This document shows, in pieces, positions 7,662 through 14,981 of a stretch of 43,090 nucleotides of DNA (positions are counted from its first letter, which is position 1; every line of letters starts with the position of its first letter). A model generated the notes under the pieces. The model did not search any database. It was not told the origin of the DNA and saw nothing but the letters and a program-made list of their open reading frames with translations. The position numbers and the translations under genes were made by a program. The stretch comes from a virus (Duplodnaviria > Caudoviricetes): positions 1-43,090 of IMG/VR virus record IMGVR_UViG_3300030328_003813; one strand, given 5' to 3'.

Positions 7662-8490
7662 TGATAAAGCCCTCCACGCGGCTGTTCCTGGCTGCTGCCT
7701 GGTCCGCCTGGTCGTAGTTGCCTTCGAGCAACCTGGTGACGTGCTCAATCGAGAGCATCCAGTCGAACGACGGCTGCCACTGGAACGAAGCCGTATTGTG
7801 AACCGGCAACTTCTGCAGAGCCTCTGCCCAGGCGCCCAGGAATCCTGGCTTCTTCGCTGACGCGTTCCACTTGCGTCTGCGCCCTGGCGTAATGGTACGC
7901 ACGCACGCGACGCCAGGAACCGACTTAAATGCAGCGTTCCATTTCTGAACCGCGACCTCAATTTTGATGTGCTCACCGCCATCTTTGATGGCGCAAGAGT
8001 CATCTGGTTCTAGCTCTCTCTCTTTCTCTTGATTTAATTCTAATTCTAACTCTAACTCTAACTCTAACTCTCTCCCTGTTACAGCTTTTGTAACAGGCTT
8101 GCGTTCCGGCTCTGTGGCAGACTCTGTAACAGACTCTGTTGCAGCTATGCTCTTTTGTTTTTTCGCTGACCTCGCTTTCCTGGTTTGATTGAATCTGCGC
8201 TCGCTTTTTTGCTTCTGCTCAGCAATGACCAGGGCCATTCGCTCGTTGCGATACTTTGGTCCTGGGAGCTGCGTGAACTTCTCGTGCAGGATCTGCTCTA
8301 AATCCTCAACCCCCTCTAAGCCAGGCACTGCGACGTAGCGGTAGATCATTTCTATAGTCAGATCACCCTGCTCAAATTGCAGGAGAAGAAGGTTGAGATA
8401 AAGCCCTTGCTGCTGGAAGGTCATTCCGCGTGTTCCGACGATCCAGGCGTCGTGGTACAGGGGGAACCAATGGTGTTTTGCGGTGCTCAT
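7654..8490 (-). CDS. Phage replication initiator, DUF1376/YdaU-like (278 aa)
   Basis: N-terminal WFPLYHDAWIVGTRGMTFQQQGLYLNLL...YRNERM; central repeat linker and ELELEL tract; C-terminal SFDWML...LLEGNY. Confidence 0.8.
   Translation of the reverse strand: MSTAKHHWFPLYHDAWIVGTRGMTFQQQGLYLNLLLLQFEQGDLTIEMIYRYVAVPGLEGVEDLEQILHEKFTQLPGPKYRNERMALVIAEQKQKSERRFNQTRKARSAKKQKSIAATESVTESATEPERKPVTKAVTGRELELELELELELNQEKERELEPDDSCAIKDGGEHIKIEVAVQKWNAAFKSVPGVACVRTITPGRRRKWNASAKKPGFLGAWAEALQKLPVHNTASFQWQPSFDWMLSIEHVTRLLEGNYDQADQAAARNSRVEGFINE
8035..8145. repeat. Putative replication origin: iterons plus hexamer repeats inside the initiator gene
   Basis: Five (C/T)TGTNNCAG units starting at 8076, 8088, 8112, 8124 and 8136 (12-bp phase); perfect 9-bp inverted repeat 8075-8083/8089-8097; adjacent TCTAAC/TCTAAT tandem hexamers. 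Confidence 0.7.
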
Positions 8491-8522
8491 TGTGGTACAA
8501 TTTATTCCTGTTGTGGTTTTTA

Positions 8523-8559
8523 GGCCGCGCTCGAATCCCGCCCGAGCGCGGCCATTTTT
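8523..8559 (+). terminator. GC-rich hairpin with T-tract, oriented antisense to the genes
   Basis: GGCCGCGCTCG-9 nt-CGAGCGCGGCC (11-bp perfect stem) followed by ATTTTT on +; intergenic between the HTH and initiator genes. Confidence 0.6.
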
Positions 8560-8568
8560 GTTAGCAGA

Positions 8569-8919
8569 TCAACGTAGTTTTTTGTCGTTGTATCTGTGCT
8601 TTCCGTCCAGGATCCTCGCGATCGTCGAAGTCCCGCACGGTATCAGTTTAGCGATCTCACGCTGCTTGGTGCCCTGGACATGGAATCCAATCACCGCTGC
8701 AACCTGCAGGCGGCTCAAATCCGGCTTCTCGCGGCTGGAATCGCGAGGCTTTCCCAGGTGCCTCACATCACGGTGTGACGCGTCCAGGACTCGCTGGACC
8801 GTCGCAGACGAGACCTGGAACACCTTAGCAACACGTTCTACTGGTTCGTTCGCATATTTGCGAAGATAGTCCCAGATCAGCACGGCAAGCGACGCTGATA
8901 TTTTATTCTCGCCACCCAC
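8569..8919 (-). CDS. Tandem helix-turn-helix DNA-binding protein (116 aa)
   Basis: Two HTH-like segments: VERVAKVFQVSSATVQRVL and QREIAKLIPCGTSTIARIL. Confidence 0.7.
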   Translation of the reverse strand: MGGENKISASLAVLIWDYLRKYANEPVERVAKVFQVSSATVQRVLDASHRDVRHLGKPRDSSREKPDLSRLQVAAVIGFHVQGTKQREIAKLIPCGTSTIARILDGKHRYNDKKLR

Positions 8920-10007
8920 TATTGCTGCTCCTCAATATTCTGGATCTTGTCGCTGATCCGTTTGAGCAGTCCAGCCGCGTGCAGTTCTGGCAGAGCTCCC
9001 ATGCTGGCGTCGTAGCTCACCTGGTCGGCCAGCAAATTCAGGTGCTCTTTCGTTTTCGCCTCCTTGATTGATTCCGCGAACGACTCAATGACTTTCTCGT
9101 CAGGCGTCAGCACGTCAGCATTGTCAGCATTGTCAGCAGCCTGGTCCGGTTCGGCTTTTGCTTTAGCTTTCGCTGGTTTTTTTGGCTTCGGCTTGGCCTT
9201 GGCCTTGGCAATCAGCTGCTCCCCCTGGCTTGGCTTTGGCTCAGCTGGGGGTGAATCTACGGCTGGGAATGCCTGGTCAACCGTCTGGAGCCCGTCCTGG
9301 ATTGCGACGTAAATTCGCCTCATCGCGAGATATTGAGCTGGCTGGATCGCGTCCACCGACCGTTGCAGCTTAGCTACGATCTGCTCCTGCGACACGCCGA
9401 TCTCCGCGAACTTTTCGACCATCTGCATGATTTTGGTCGCGTCCAGGTCAATATTCGCTTTGAGCGTCCTGGCACATTCGTCCACGGCTTCCTCAATCAC
9501 GTCTCGAGGTATAACGTTTTCCAGGCAGGTTCGCACTCTCCGCTGTGCCTGGTTCGCAATCCAATCTGCCAGCTCATCCTCACGCAGCTGCCGCTGCCGC
9601 CCACCGACGCGGATCCGGTGCGGAACGATGAATTGCCGGCTGTACCTGGCGTTGGTCTGCTGGTCCCAGGCGTATGCCTCAACCGTCGATTCCCCTCGGC
9701 CTCGCGACAACTCGCGATAACCCCAGTCAAGATTTCCCCACGCCAGCGCGACCTGGACCACCAGGCTAATGCTCGGACCAGTAATTTCTGTGCCGCCTTT
9801 TGCGTAGCTGTAAACCGCTGACTCAGCCAGCCGCACACGCTGGCAACTTGTCTGCACCTGCGTTATCGCTCGCTGCTCGTTACGCGGCCTGGCCGCCGCT
9901 ACCGTCAGCGACGCCTCGATCGCTCCGCGTGTCCTGGCCTGCTCCGAAACTGACAATGCTTGCGTTTCGACTTCGCTCTGCTCGATTAGTTGGGTATTCA
10001 TGCTCAT
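8919..10007 (-). CDS. Probable single-strand annealing protein/recombinase partner of YqaJ (362 aa)
   Basis: Directly downstream of YqaJ with an ATGA overlap; conserved-looking core PRNE...YSYAKGG...GPSI...AWDQQTN...RRVRTC; Lys/Ala linker and small C-terminal domain. Function inferred from context. Confidence 0.55.
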   Translation of the reverse strand: MSMNTQLIEQSEVETQALSVSEQARTRGAIEASLTVAAARPRNEQRAITQVQTSCQRVRLAESAVYSYAKGGTEITGPSISLVVQVALAWGNLDWGYRELSRGRGESTVEAYAWDQQTNARYSRQFIVPHRIRVGGRQRQLREDELADWIANQAQRRVRTCLENVIPRDVIEEAVDECARTLKANIDLDATKIMQMVEKFAEIGVSQEQIVAKLQRSVDAIQPAQYLAMRRIYVAIQDGLQTVDQAFPAVDSPPAEPKPSQGEQLIAKAKAKPKPKKPAKAKAKAEPDQAADNADNADVLTPDEKVIESFAESIKEAKTKEHLNLLADQVSYDASMGALPELHAAGLLKRISDKIQNIEEQQ

Positions 10008-10909
10008 TTGATTAGTAGCCTTCTGCTAGTGGTGGTTTTCGTAAATTCATCACACAGCTCTTTGTGAGCTGCTTTCAATGCTGACGTATCCAGCCGTTTG
10101 CTTGTCGATGCTTTCCAGGTAGCCAGAATGCGATCACCATCAGCAAGCCCTTCCGAGTCGCCGATCGCAACCTTTAGCTCGGATTCGATCATCTTGATCG
10201 CAGTGCTCGTTTTCTTGCTCTCAGCCTTCAATGCTTTCAGTTGCTCTAACTGCAACACAATTTGATCGTCAACTTCAACCGTCTTTCCTGGCTCATGCTT
10301 CGGCCACATTGCTGCAGCCTCGTCGCCTGTAGTTGGCTCCGGTGGCTCGCCTGAGACTACCGACGCCCAAAACTTATCGACCGTTTCCGCCATCCACGCC
10401 TGGAATTGCTTGTCCGCCTCAACGTGGTAGCACTCGATCCGCCGACTGCCATCAAAGAACAGCACCGGTACGTCCGCCCAGGTGAGTCCAGCAACGTGCA
10501 TGTTCCACTGCACCTGGCAGAAGTAGTCCTGGGGAATCTCAGCGGATCCTGGTTCGCCCCAGGAACGTGAGTCGCCCGACGTTTTCGCCTCGAGCACGCC
10601 ATGATCACCGCTCGGTAGCGTGACCAGTCCGTCTAGGTTGCAGCGTTTCCATGGCGCATCTTTCATCGCGATACAGTCCAGGTCTGTCTGTACCTGGTTG
10701 CCAGTGTCCTGGCGGTACTTGTCCACAATGAAGTCCTCGAGATAAGTACCGAGCTCCATCGGCAGCGTAGGCGGCTGCTCGACGATCGGGCTCGTTTTAT
10801 CGAGCCACACGTCGAACGGGCTTCGCCATTTAGACAATCCAATCACTGCAGAGACCTCGCTGCCCCCCACACCGTTTTGACGCTCGGTGAGCCATTCCAA
10901 CCTGCTCAT
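10004..10909 (-). CDS. YqaJ-like viral recombinase / lambda-type exonuclease (301 aa)
   Basis: EWLTERQNGVGGSEVSAVIGLSKWRSPFDVWLDK, GTYLE, NLDG, LEAKT, YFCQVQWNM motifs. Confidence 0.92.
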   Translation of the reverse strand: MSRLEWLTERQNGVGGSEVSAVIGLSKWRSPFDVWLDKTSPIVEQPPTLPMELGTYLEDFIVDKYRQDTGNQVQTDLDCIAMKDAPWKRCNLDGLVTLPSGDHGVLEAKTSGDSRSWGEPGSAEIPQDYFCQVQWNMHVAGLTWADVPVLFFDGSRRIECYHVEADKQFQAWMAETVDKFWASVVSGEPPEPTTGDEAAAMWPKHEPGKTVEVDDQIVLQLEQLKALKAESKKTSTAIKMIESELKVAIGDSEGLADGDRILATWKASTSKRLDTSALKAAHKELCDEFTKTTTSRRLLIK

Positions 10910-11391
10910 GCTTCACCTCCTTCGTCAAAACTCATTATCTTTTGCTGCACATTCTCATCCACGACGCGACCGCTGAAAATGTCGCGTAGCGTTGCAATGA
11001 TCATCTTGTCGGATTCAATTATTTTCCGCAGCAGATCCGCATCCTTTTGACGCGACCATCCATCCAGATTGTTTACCTGCAACTCGTACAGCTCCGTACG
11101 CGACTCCAGAACAGTCGCCAGGCACCAGGCGACTGCTCGCGTGGACTTGCCATAGCTCGTCGGTTTTTTGTCCTGCAGCTTTTTCACAGGCTGCTTTCGC
11201 TCGAGCTCAAAATTCATCGCTTCCAGGATGTTTTTGAGGCTGTTCCACGTCACTGAATAGCCCTTTGTTTCCACCAGCGTGGTAATAGCCTCACGCTGAC
11301 GCGGTAGCTTTTTTTCACTTGCCATCTGCATCAGCCAAATTTGCAGCGTTGCTAGTTCCTGGTGATTTACTCGTCGTCTCTGAGTCTGCAT
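10906..11391 (-). CDS. Hypothetical protein (about 161 aa)
   Basis: Start reassigned to MQTQRRR (ATG 11391 with TAAGGA SD); ATGA overlap with YqaJ. Confidence 0.65.
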   Translation of the reverse strand: MQTQRRRVNHQELATLQIWLMQMASEKKLPRQREAITTLVETKGYSVTWNSLKNILEAMNFELERKQPVKKLQDKKPTSYGKSTRAVAWCLATVLESRTELYELQVNNLDGWSRQKDADLLRKIIESDKMIIATLRDIFSGRVVDENVQQKIMSFDEGGEA

Positions 11392-11416
11392 ATCTCTGTC
11401 CTTACTTAAAGAAATG

Positions 11417-11580
11417 TTGCCTGTCCAACGTGGATACAGGCAAAGGGACGCCGGGAGTCGAATACCGGATGAGCCATGCAGATTGCACGCTCGCGCCCCT
11501 TGGATGGTCAGGTCGTGATCGTCGCGCCAGCTCGTCAGCTGCGCGTCACCTCCCGCCATCCTGCCATCCGTGGATGACAA
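11417..11580 (-). ncRNA. Structured intergenic RNA containing a D-arm-less tRNA-like element (11443-11501)
   Basis: On minus: AAGGGGCG...CGTCCCTT closing stem, GAGC-GTGCA-ATC-TGCAT-G-GCTC arm, CCGG-TATTCGACTC-CCGG T-arm-like hairpin; flanked by two more hairpins. Confidence 0.45.
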
Positions 11581-11586
11581 GTGTGG

Positions 11587-11883
11587 TCACGCCCAGGAGC
11601 CGTCGCCGAACATTGCTAACCCTTCGATACCCCAGAACCGATCGTTATCGGCTTCATCGCTGGTGATACCTTCCTCGCCGCACAGACCGGCCTCGTACAG
11701 CCACTGTTGAGCATTGTGGACGTACATGATGTATTTCCGCCTGGCAGCCTCTACGCGATGCAGGGGAGCCCTGCAGTATTGCGACATTACATCGAGCTCG
11801 TGGTACTTGTCCCACAGCTTGTTTGCGCGGTCGATGCGTCGCTGGATTTGTCGCTTTGTGATGTTTTTGGTTGTGGTTTTCAT
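11587..11883 (-). CDS. Early hypothetical protein (98 aa)
   Basis: ATG preceded by the AAGGATTGCGACC leader shared with neighbouring genes. Confidence 0.7.
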   Translation of the reverse strand: MKTTTKNITKRQIQRRIDRANKLWDKYHELDVMSQYCRAPLHRVEAARRKYIMYVHNAQQWLYEAGLCGEEGITSDEADNDRFWGIEGLAMFGDGSWA

Positions 11884-11910
11884 GGTCGCAATCCTTGGTT
11901 GTGGTGGTGA

Positions 11911-12564
11911 TTAAAACAGCTCGAGTTGACCGACGCAGGCAGTAACGGCGACGGCGGCTTTTTTCAGGAACTGGAGTCGCTGGCCGATACCTTTGCCAGC
12001 CAGGGGAAATGATGTGTTCGGCTCATACTGGAACGGCTCCAGGTAGTCCTTGCCGGCCAGGACAGCAATCTTTGGGCAGCTCACGCGGTTTCTGTAGTCA
12101 CCGATCGCTGTGCATACTTTTCTGTAATAGTTCGGCTTGAGGTACTGCCGGCTGTCTGGACCAGAGAGTTTCAGGTCGTAGCTCTCAATTACCTGGTCGG
12201 GCCACACCAGTCCGTGCTTGGCTGACAGGATCGCCCACTCCTTGCCGTTGGCTTTCGCCCAGGCTGCCGATGCCTTAAATAGCTGACTCTGGTACAGATC
12301 CTCAGCTCTGTGCGAGCCCTCGAGTTTTTCGCCGCAGCACGAAACGAGCACCAGGTCGAACTCGCCATGTGATCGTTCGTCTGCCACAACAAAATGCGAC
12401 GAATGAAGCCAGCATTTCTTGACCCGCGTATTGATGTGGGCGTCGCCTTCGTCGTCGATCGTCGCCTGGAGGGTTTCGCGGTAACAGGCGTCGGCCAGTT
12501 TTCCGTCGCCGAAGTGCCGCATGAGCTCATCGTAGCCGGCTGAAACGTAAATTTTTGTAGTCAT
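11911..12564 (-). CDS. DUF6884-like protein with N-terminal extension and C-terminal QLELF (about 217 aa)
   Basis: LVSCCGEK...AEDLYQSQLF...WAILSAKHGLV...IESYDLKL...LAGKDY...PLAGKGIGQRLQFL. Start reassigned to MTTKIY (12564) because the shared GGATTGCACCC leader lies directly upstream. Confidence 0.75.
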   Translation of the reverse strand: MTTKIYVSAGYDELMRHFGDGKLADACYRETLQATIDDEGDAHINTRVKKCWLHSSHFVVADERSHGEFDLVLVSCCGEKLEGSHRAEDLYQSQLFKASAAWAKANGKEWAILSAKHGLVWPDQVIESYDLKLSGPDSRQYLKPNYYRKVCTAIGDYRNRVSCPKIAVLAGKDYLEPFQYEPNTSFPLAGKGIGQRLQFLKKAAVAVTACVGQLELF

Positions 12565-12607
12565 GGGTGCAATCCAAATAGGGGTGGGGTTGTCAGTGAC
12601 AGGTGGG

Positions 12608-12850
12608 TTACAGAGTCTCACCGAGCTCTACGCCCAGGATCAGTGCTCTACACGCAGCCACATGCTTGGCCGGCAGTTGCCGGGTGGCTGTGAAACTGAC
12701 CATGTGGAGCCCGAAGGATCCAATCACGGGTTTCTGCTCGTACTTGAAGCGTGGATTGCCGCAAACGCAGCCGAGGCGAAAAGCGATAAGATCCAGTTTT
12801 TCGGTGGGAATCTGACGCTGACAAGTGAGGGTAAATGTTGGCTTCGACAT
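12608..12850 (-). CDS. Early hypothetical protein (80 aa)
   Basis: ATG preceded by the AGGATTGCACCA leader. Confidence 0.65.
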   Translation of the reverse strand: MSKPTFTLTCQRQIPTEKLDLIAFRLGCVCGNPRFKYEQKPVIGSFGLHMVSFTATRQLPAKHVAACRALILGVELGETL

Positions 12851-12884
12851 TGGTGCAATCCTAATGGGGGGGGTGTGTATTCGA

Positions 12885-13037
12885 TTATTTTTTCATCTGC
12901 TCAACGAGCAACAGTGATCGCAATACGTCCTTGAGCCTTTGGACTCCTTCCGTTTCGCCAACGAGCCGGACAACTTTTGCGTCGAGCTCTGGTTTCAGTT
13001 CGCAAAGTGATTCAACAAGTTTGTCTAAGTCGCTCAT
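12885..13037 (-). CDS. Small early protein, 50 aa, absent from the ORF track (MSDLDKLVESLCELKPELDAKVVRLVGETEGVQRLKDVLRSLLLVEQMKK)
   Basis: Translated by hand: ATG 13037 to TAA 12885; preceded by the AGGATTGCACCC leader; first gene after the candidate early promoter. Confidence 0.7.
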   Translation of the reverse strand: MSDLDKLVESLCELKPELDAKVVRLVGETEGVQRLKDVLRSLLLVEQMKK

Positions 13038-13068
13038 GGGTGCAATCCTGTCTGAGTTGTTTTCCGCG

Positions 13069-13119
13069 TGTGTCTCAGTGACACATCAGCAAGTATCGGG
13101 ATAACGTCCCACTCGTCAA
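13069..13119 (-). promoter_or_regulatory. Candidate sigma70-type early promoter with operator-like palindromes
   Basis: TTGACG(13119-13114)-16 nt-GATACT(13097-13092); GGGA-N5-TCCC inverted repeat in the spacer; TGTGTC-N5-GACACA at 13069-13085 near the start site. Confidence 0.55.
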
Positions 13120-13325
13120 CAGCACTTGTCACAGTTTCGTGGCGAAAGCCCTATTTCCGTCCACCATTCACCAGGGTTTTTGCGTTATTTACGGTGTGTT
13201 TGGCTGAAAAAGTTTTTTTGCATTCACACAAAATTTTCAGTCTCTGGCAGGACACGCAACGGCATTTCTGGCATATTGTCGTGCCTTCTGGGCTTAATTC
13301 CTGGCAGTGATTACAACGGGCGACC

Positions 13326-13670
13326 ATGAGATTCCTTTACGATTTCGACAATCCGGAGTTCAGCGATCCGGATCCTGATCGCAGCAGCCGCACGATGCTG
13401 CACCAGTATTTGCTCGAAAAAGAATCCACCGCCGTTTGCATGGATGGATATGATGATGCGGTCTGCGGCGTACTTTTTGACGGCGAAAAGGATCGCGTGA
13501 TTTACTGCTACGCTTCAATGGTGGCTTGCCTTATGCGTGATGGCATGTCAAGCGAGGAAGCCACGGAATACCTACATTTCAACACAATCGCAGCGTTGCC
13601 AGACGGTGGCCCGATGATCATCGACCAGGCTTTTCCGGTTACGATTCAAATCCGCGAAAAAGACGAATAG
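13326..13670 (+). CDS. Phage hypothetical protein (114 aa); the only credible plus-strand gene
   Basis: Occupies a gap with no minus-strand gene; MDGYDDAVCG...VIY...LMRDGMSSEEATEYLHFN...P resembles a family I recall from aquatic phages. Confidence 0.75.
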   Translation: MRFLYDFDNPEFSDPDPDRSSRTMLHQYLLEKESTAVCMDGYDDAVCGVLFDGEKDRVIYCYASMVACLMRDGMSSEEATEYLHFNTIAALPDGGPMIIDQAFPVTIQIREKDE

Positions 13671-13714
13671 CAGCGCATGGCGTAATTAACGCAATCCTTT
13701 GCGTCGTGCGTCTG

Positions 13715-14467
13715 CTATTCAACTTCCACAGGGCCATCGCCCTCGCGTGCAGCCAGGATAGCGTCGTATTGCTCCTGCATCTCTGCCTGGCGAGCAGCCA
13801 CTGCCGTATCGAGCCCGGTAACGTCGCGATTCCATAAAACGCCTCGAGTTGCGTCGTCAACAGCAGGGCCGCGATGAGCCTCGAGCGTGAAAGTCAGAGC
13901 GCTAAATTTCGTCCCTTGGCTGCACTCAATCGGGGAGCTCATCATAATAGTCGGAAAATTGAAGCAGAACCAATCCTCGCTTTTGTCAGCTGGAGCAGCG
14001 ACGGTGATCGGATTGTTCCTGGCCGGCACGATCAGGAGCCTGAACCGATGCAACTGCAGGATCGGCGTGCCGACCTCGTAGTCGTAGATAGCTCCGTTGG
14101 TCGAATACGCGCTATTCTGACGCTCTACCCAGTAGCGTACACGCTGGTTCCAGGTGCTCAGGTTGATGCTCAACTGGACAATTCGTCCCAACACCTGGCG
14201 TTCAATGGGTGGCCCCTGGGGACCGCCATTAGAGTCACCAGGCACGTCGTTAAAGAACTCTCGCGTCACAATCGCTGTGTCATCCATCTGTTCGCCGAAC
14301 CAATACAGAGTTGCATTAGGCGTGGATCCGTCCGCGATATAGAGATTCGATCCGCCGGCAACCTGGACGTTCACGTCCTGGAGCTGGTCGGCTCCCGCAT
14401 TAGCGTTCGGATCAGGAATGCTCGCGACTGCTGGGGGATCGGTATTTAGTGGTTCGCGTCCTGTCAT
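13715..14467 (-). CDS. Probable tail tube / major tail protein (250 aa)
   Basis: Follows the head-tail adaptor; size and beta-rich pattern (VQLSINL, FNFP, LTFTLEA) fit a tube protein. Largely a positional inference. Confidence 0.5.
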   Translation of the reverse strand: MTGREPLNTDPPAVASIPDPNANAGADQLQDVNVQVAGGSNLYIADGSTPNATLYWFGEQMDDTAIVTREFFNDVPGDSNGGPQGPPIERQVLGRIVQLSINLSTWNQRVRYWVERQNSAYSTNGAIYDYEVGTPILQLHRFRLLIVPARNNPITVAAPADKSEDWFCFNFPTIMMSSPIECSQGTKFSALTFTLEAHRGPAVDDATRGVLWNRDVTGLDTAVAARQAEMQEQYDAILAAREGDGPVEVE

Positions 14468-14979
14468 GTCTGGCCGCCTTGGCTCCTGGGAAGCCTGGTA
14501 ATCGGTGGAGGGAACAGTTTATTTCTGACGGTCATGTCGTTTCGATTTTGCAGTTGCACAGCTGTCGGTCCAGCGTGATCCACGATCGTCGCATCGAGTT
14601 GTGCGGGCAGGTCGAATATGTTTGCGCCTTTTTCCAGCTTTTCGATCAACCCCCACCACTTTGCCTGTACGGATTCGGCGTTGGCAGGGATTGATTCACT
14701 TCTGCGCTCCCACAACCGGATGATTGCGAGCCCACAGACCAGATCAGCCAAATACGCTCGGTTGACACCTGTAAGCCCTGACAGGTCCGCCACGCTGTAC
14801 TGACCGCCCTGGATCAGAGCAGCTTGCACCTGGCCACTTGCGCCGTCGAGCGCTGCCAGGACTGCAGGGTGATCCGTAACAACACCCCTGGACAGGTGAT
14901 CGCGATTGTCTGTCGCTAGATCACCCACCCAGTCAATGTCATATCGCAGAGCTAGGTCAGTGCCTGTTGCGTAAGCCAT
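14464..14979 (-). CDS. Head-tail adaptor, DUF1320 / Mu gp36-like (171 aa)
   Basis: MAYATGTDLALRY...ALDGASGQVQAAL...Y...LADLVCGLAIIRLWERR pattern; directly after the major capsid gene. Confidence 0.75.
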   Translation of the reverse strand: MAYATGTDLALRYDIDWVGDLATDNRDHLSRGVVTDHPAVLAALDGASGQVQAALIQGGQYSVADLSGLTGVNRAYLADLVCGLAIIRLWERRSESIPANAESVQAKWWGLIEKLEKGANIFDLPAQLDATIVDHAGPTAVQLQNRNDMTVRNKLFPPPITRLPRSQGGQT

Positions 14980-14981
14980 TT

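Noticed and set aside
7662-8003. N-terminal extensions given by the ORF track (also 3379-3438, 5322-5474, 6076-6183, 11392-11580, 12565-12621, 39532-39567)
   Set aside because: They overlap upstream genes or structured intergenic regions; downstream starts have better SD sequences or stop/start coupling.
11308-11315. Another A_AAA_AAG heptamer inside the 161-aa early gene
   Set aside because: It lies mid-gene with no adjacent stop and no evident long alternative-frame ORF in the track; probably incidental Glu-Lys-Lys coding.
11443-11501. Functional tRNA gene or tRNA-derived attP
   Set aside because: No D-arm, no 7-nt anticodon loop, no CCA, and no integrase recognised; kept only as a tRNA-like structure.
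11531-11540. CTGACGAG on the minus strand as a hammerhead ribozyme core
   Set aside because: No downstream GAAA core element after a stem II; the sequence instead forms a simple CAGCT-GACG-AGCTG hairpin.
13673-13710. Intrinsic terminator between the convergent genes
   Set aside because: A 12-bp stem with three G-U pairs is possible on the plus strand, but there is no U-tract on either side; too weak to call.
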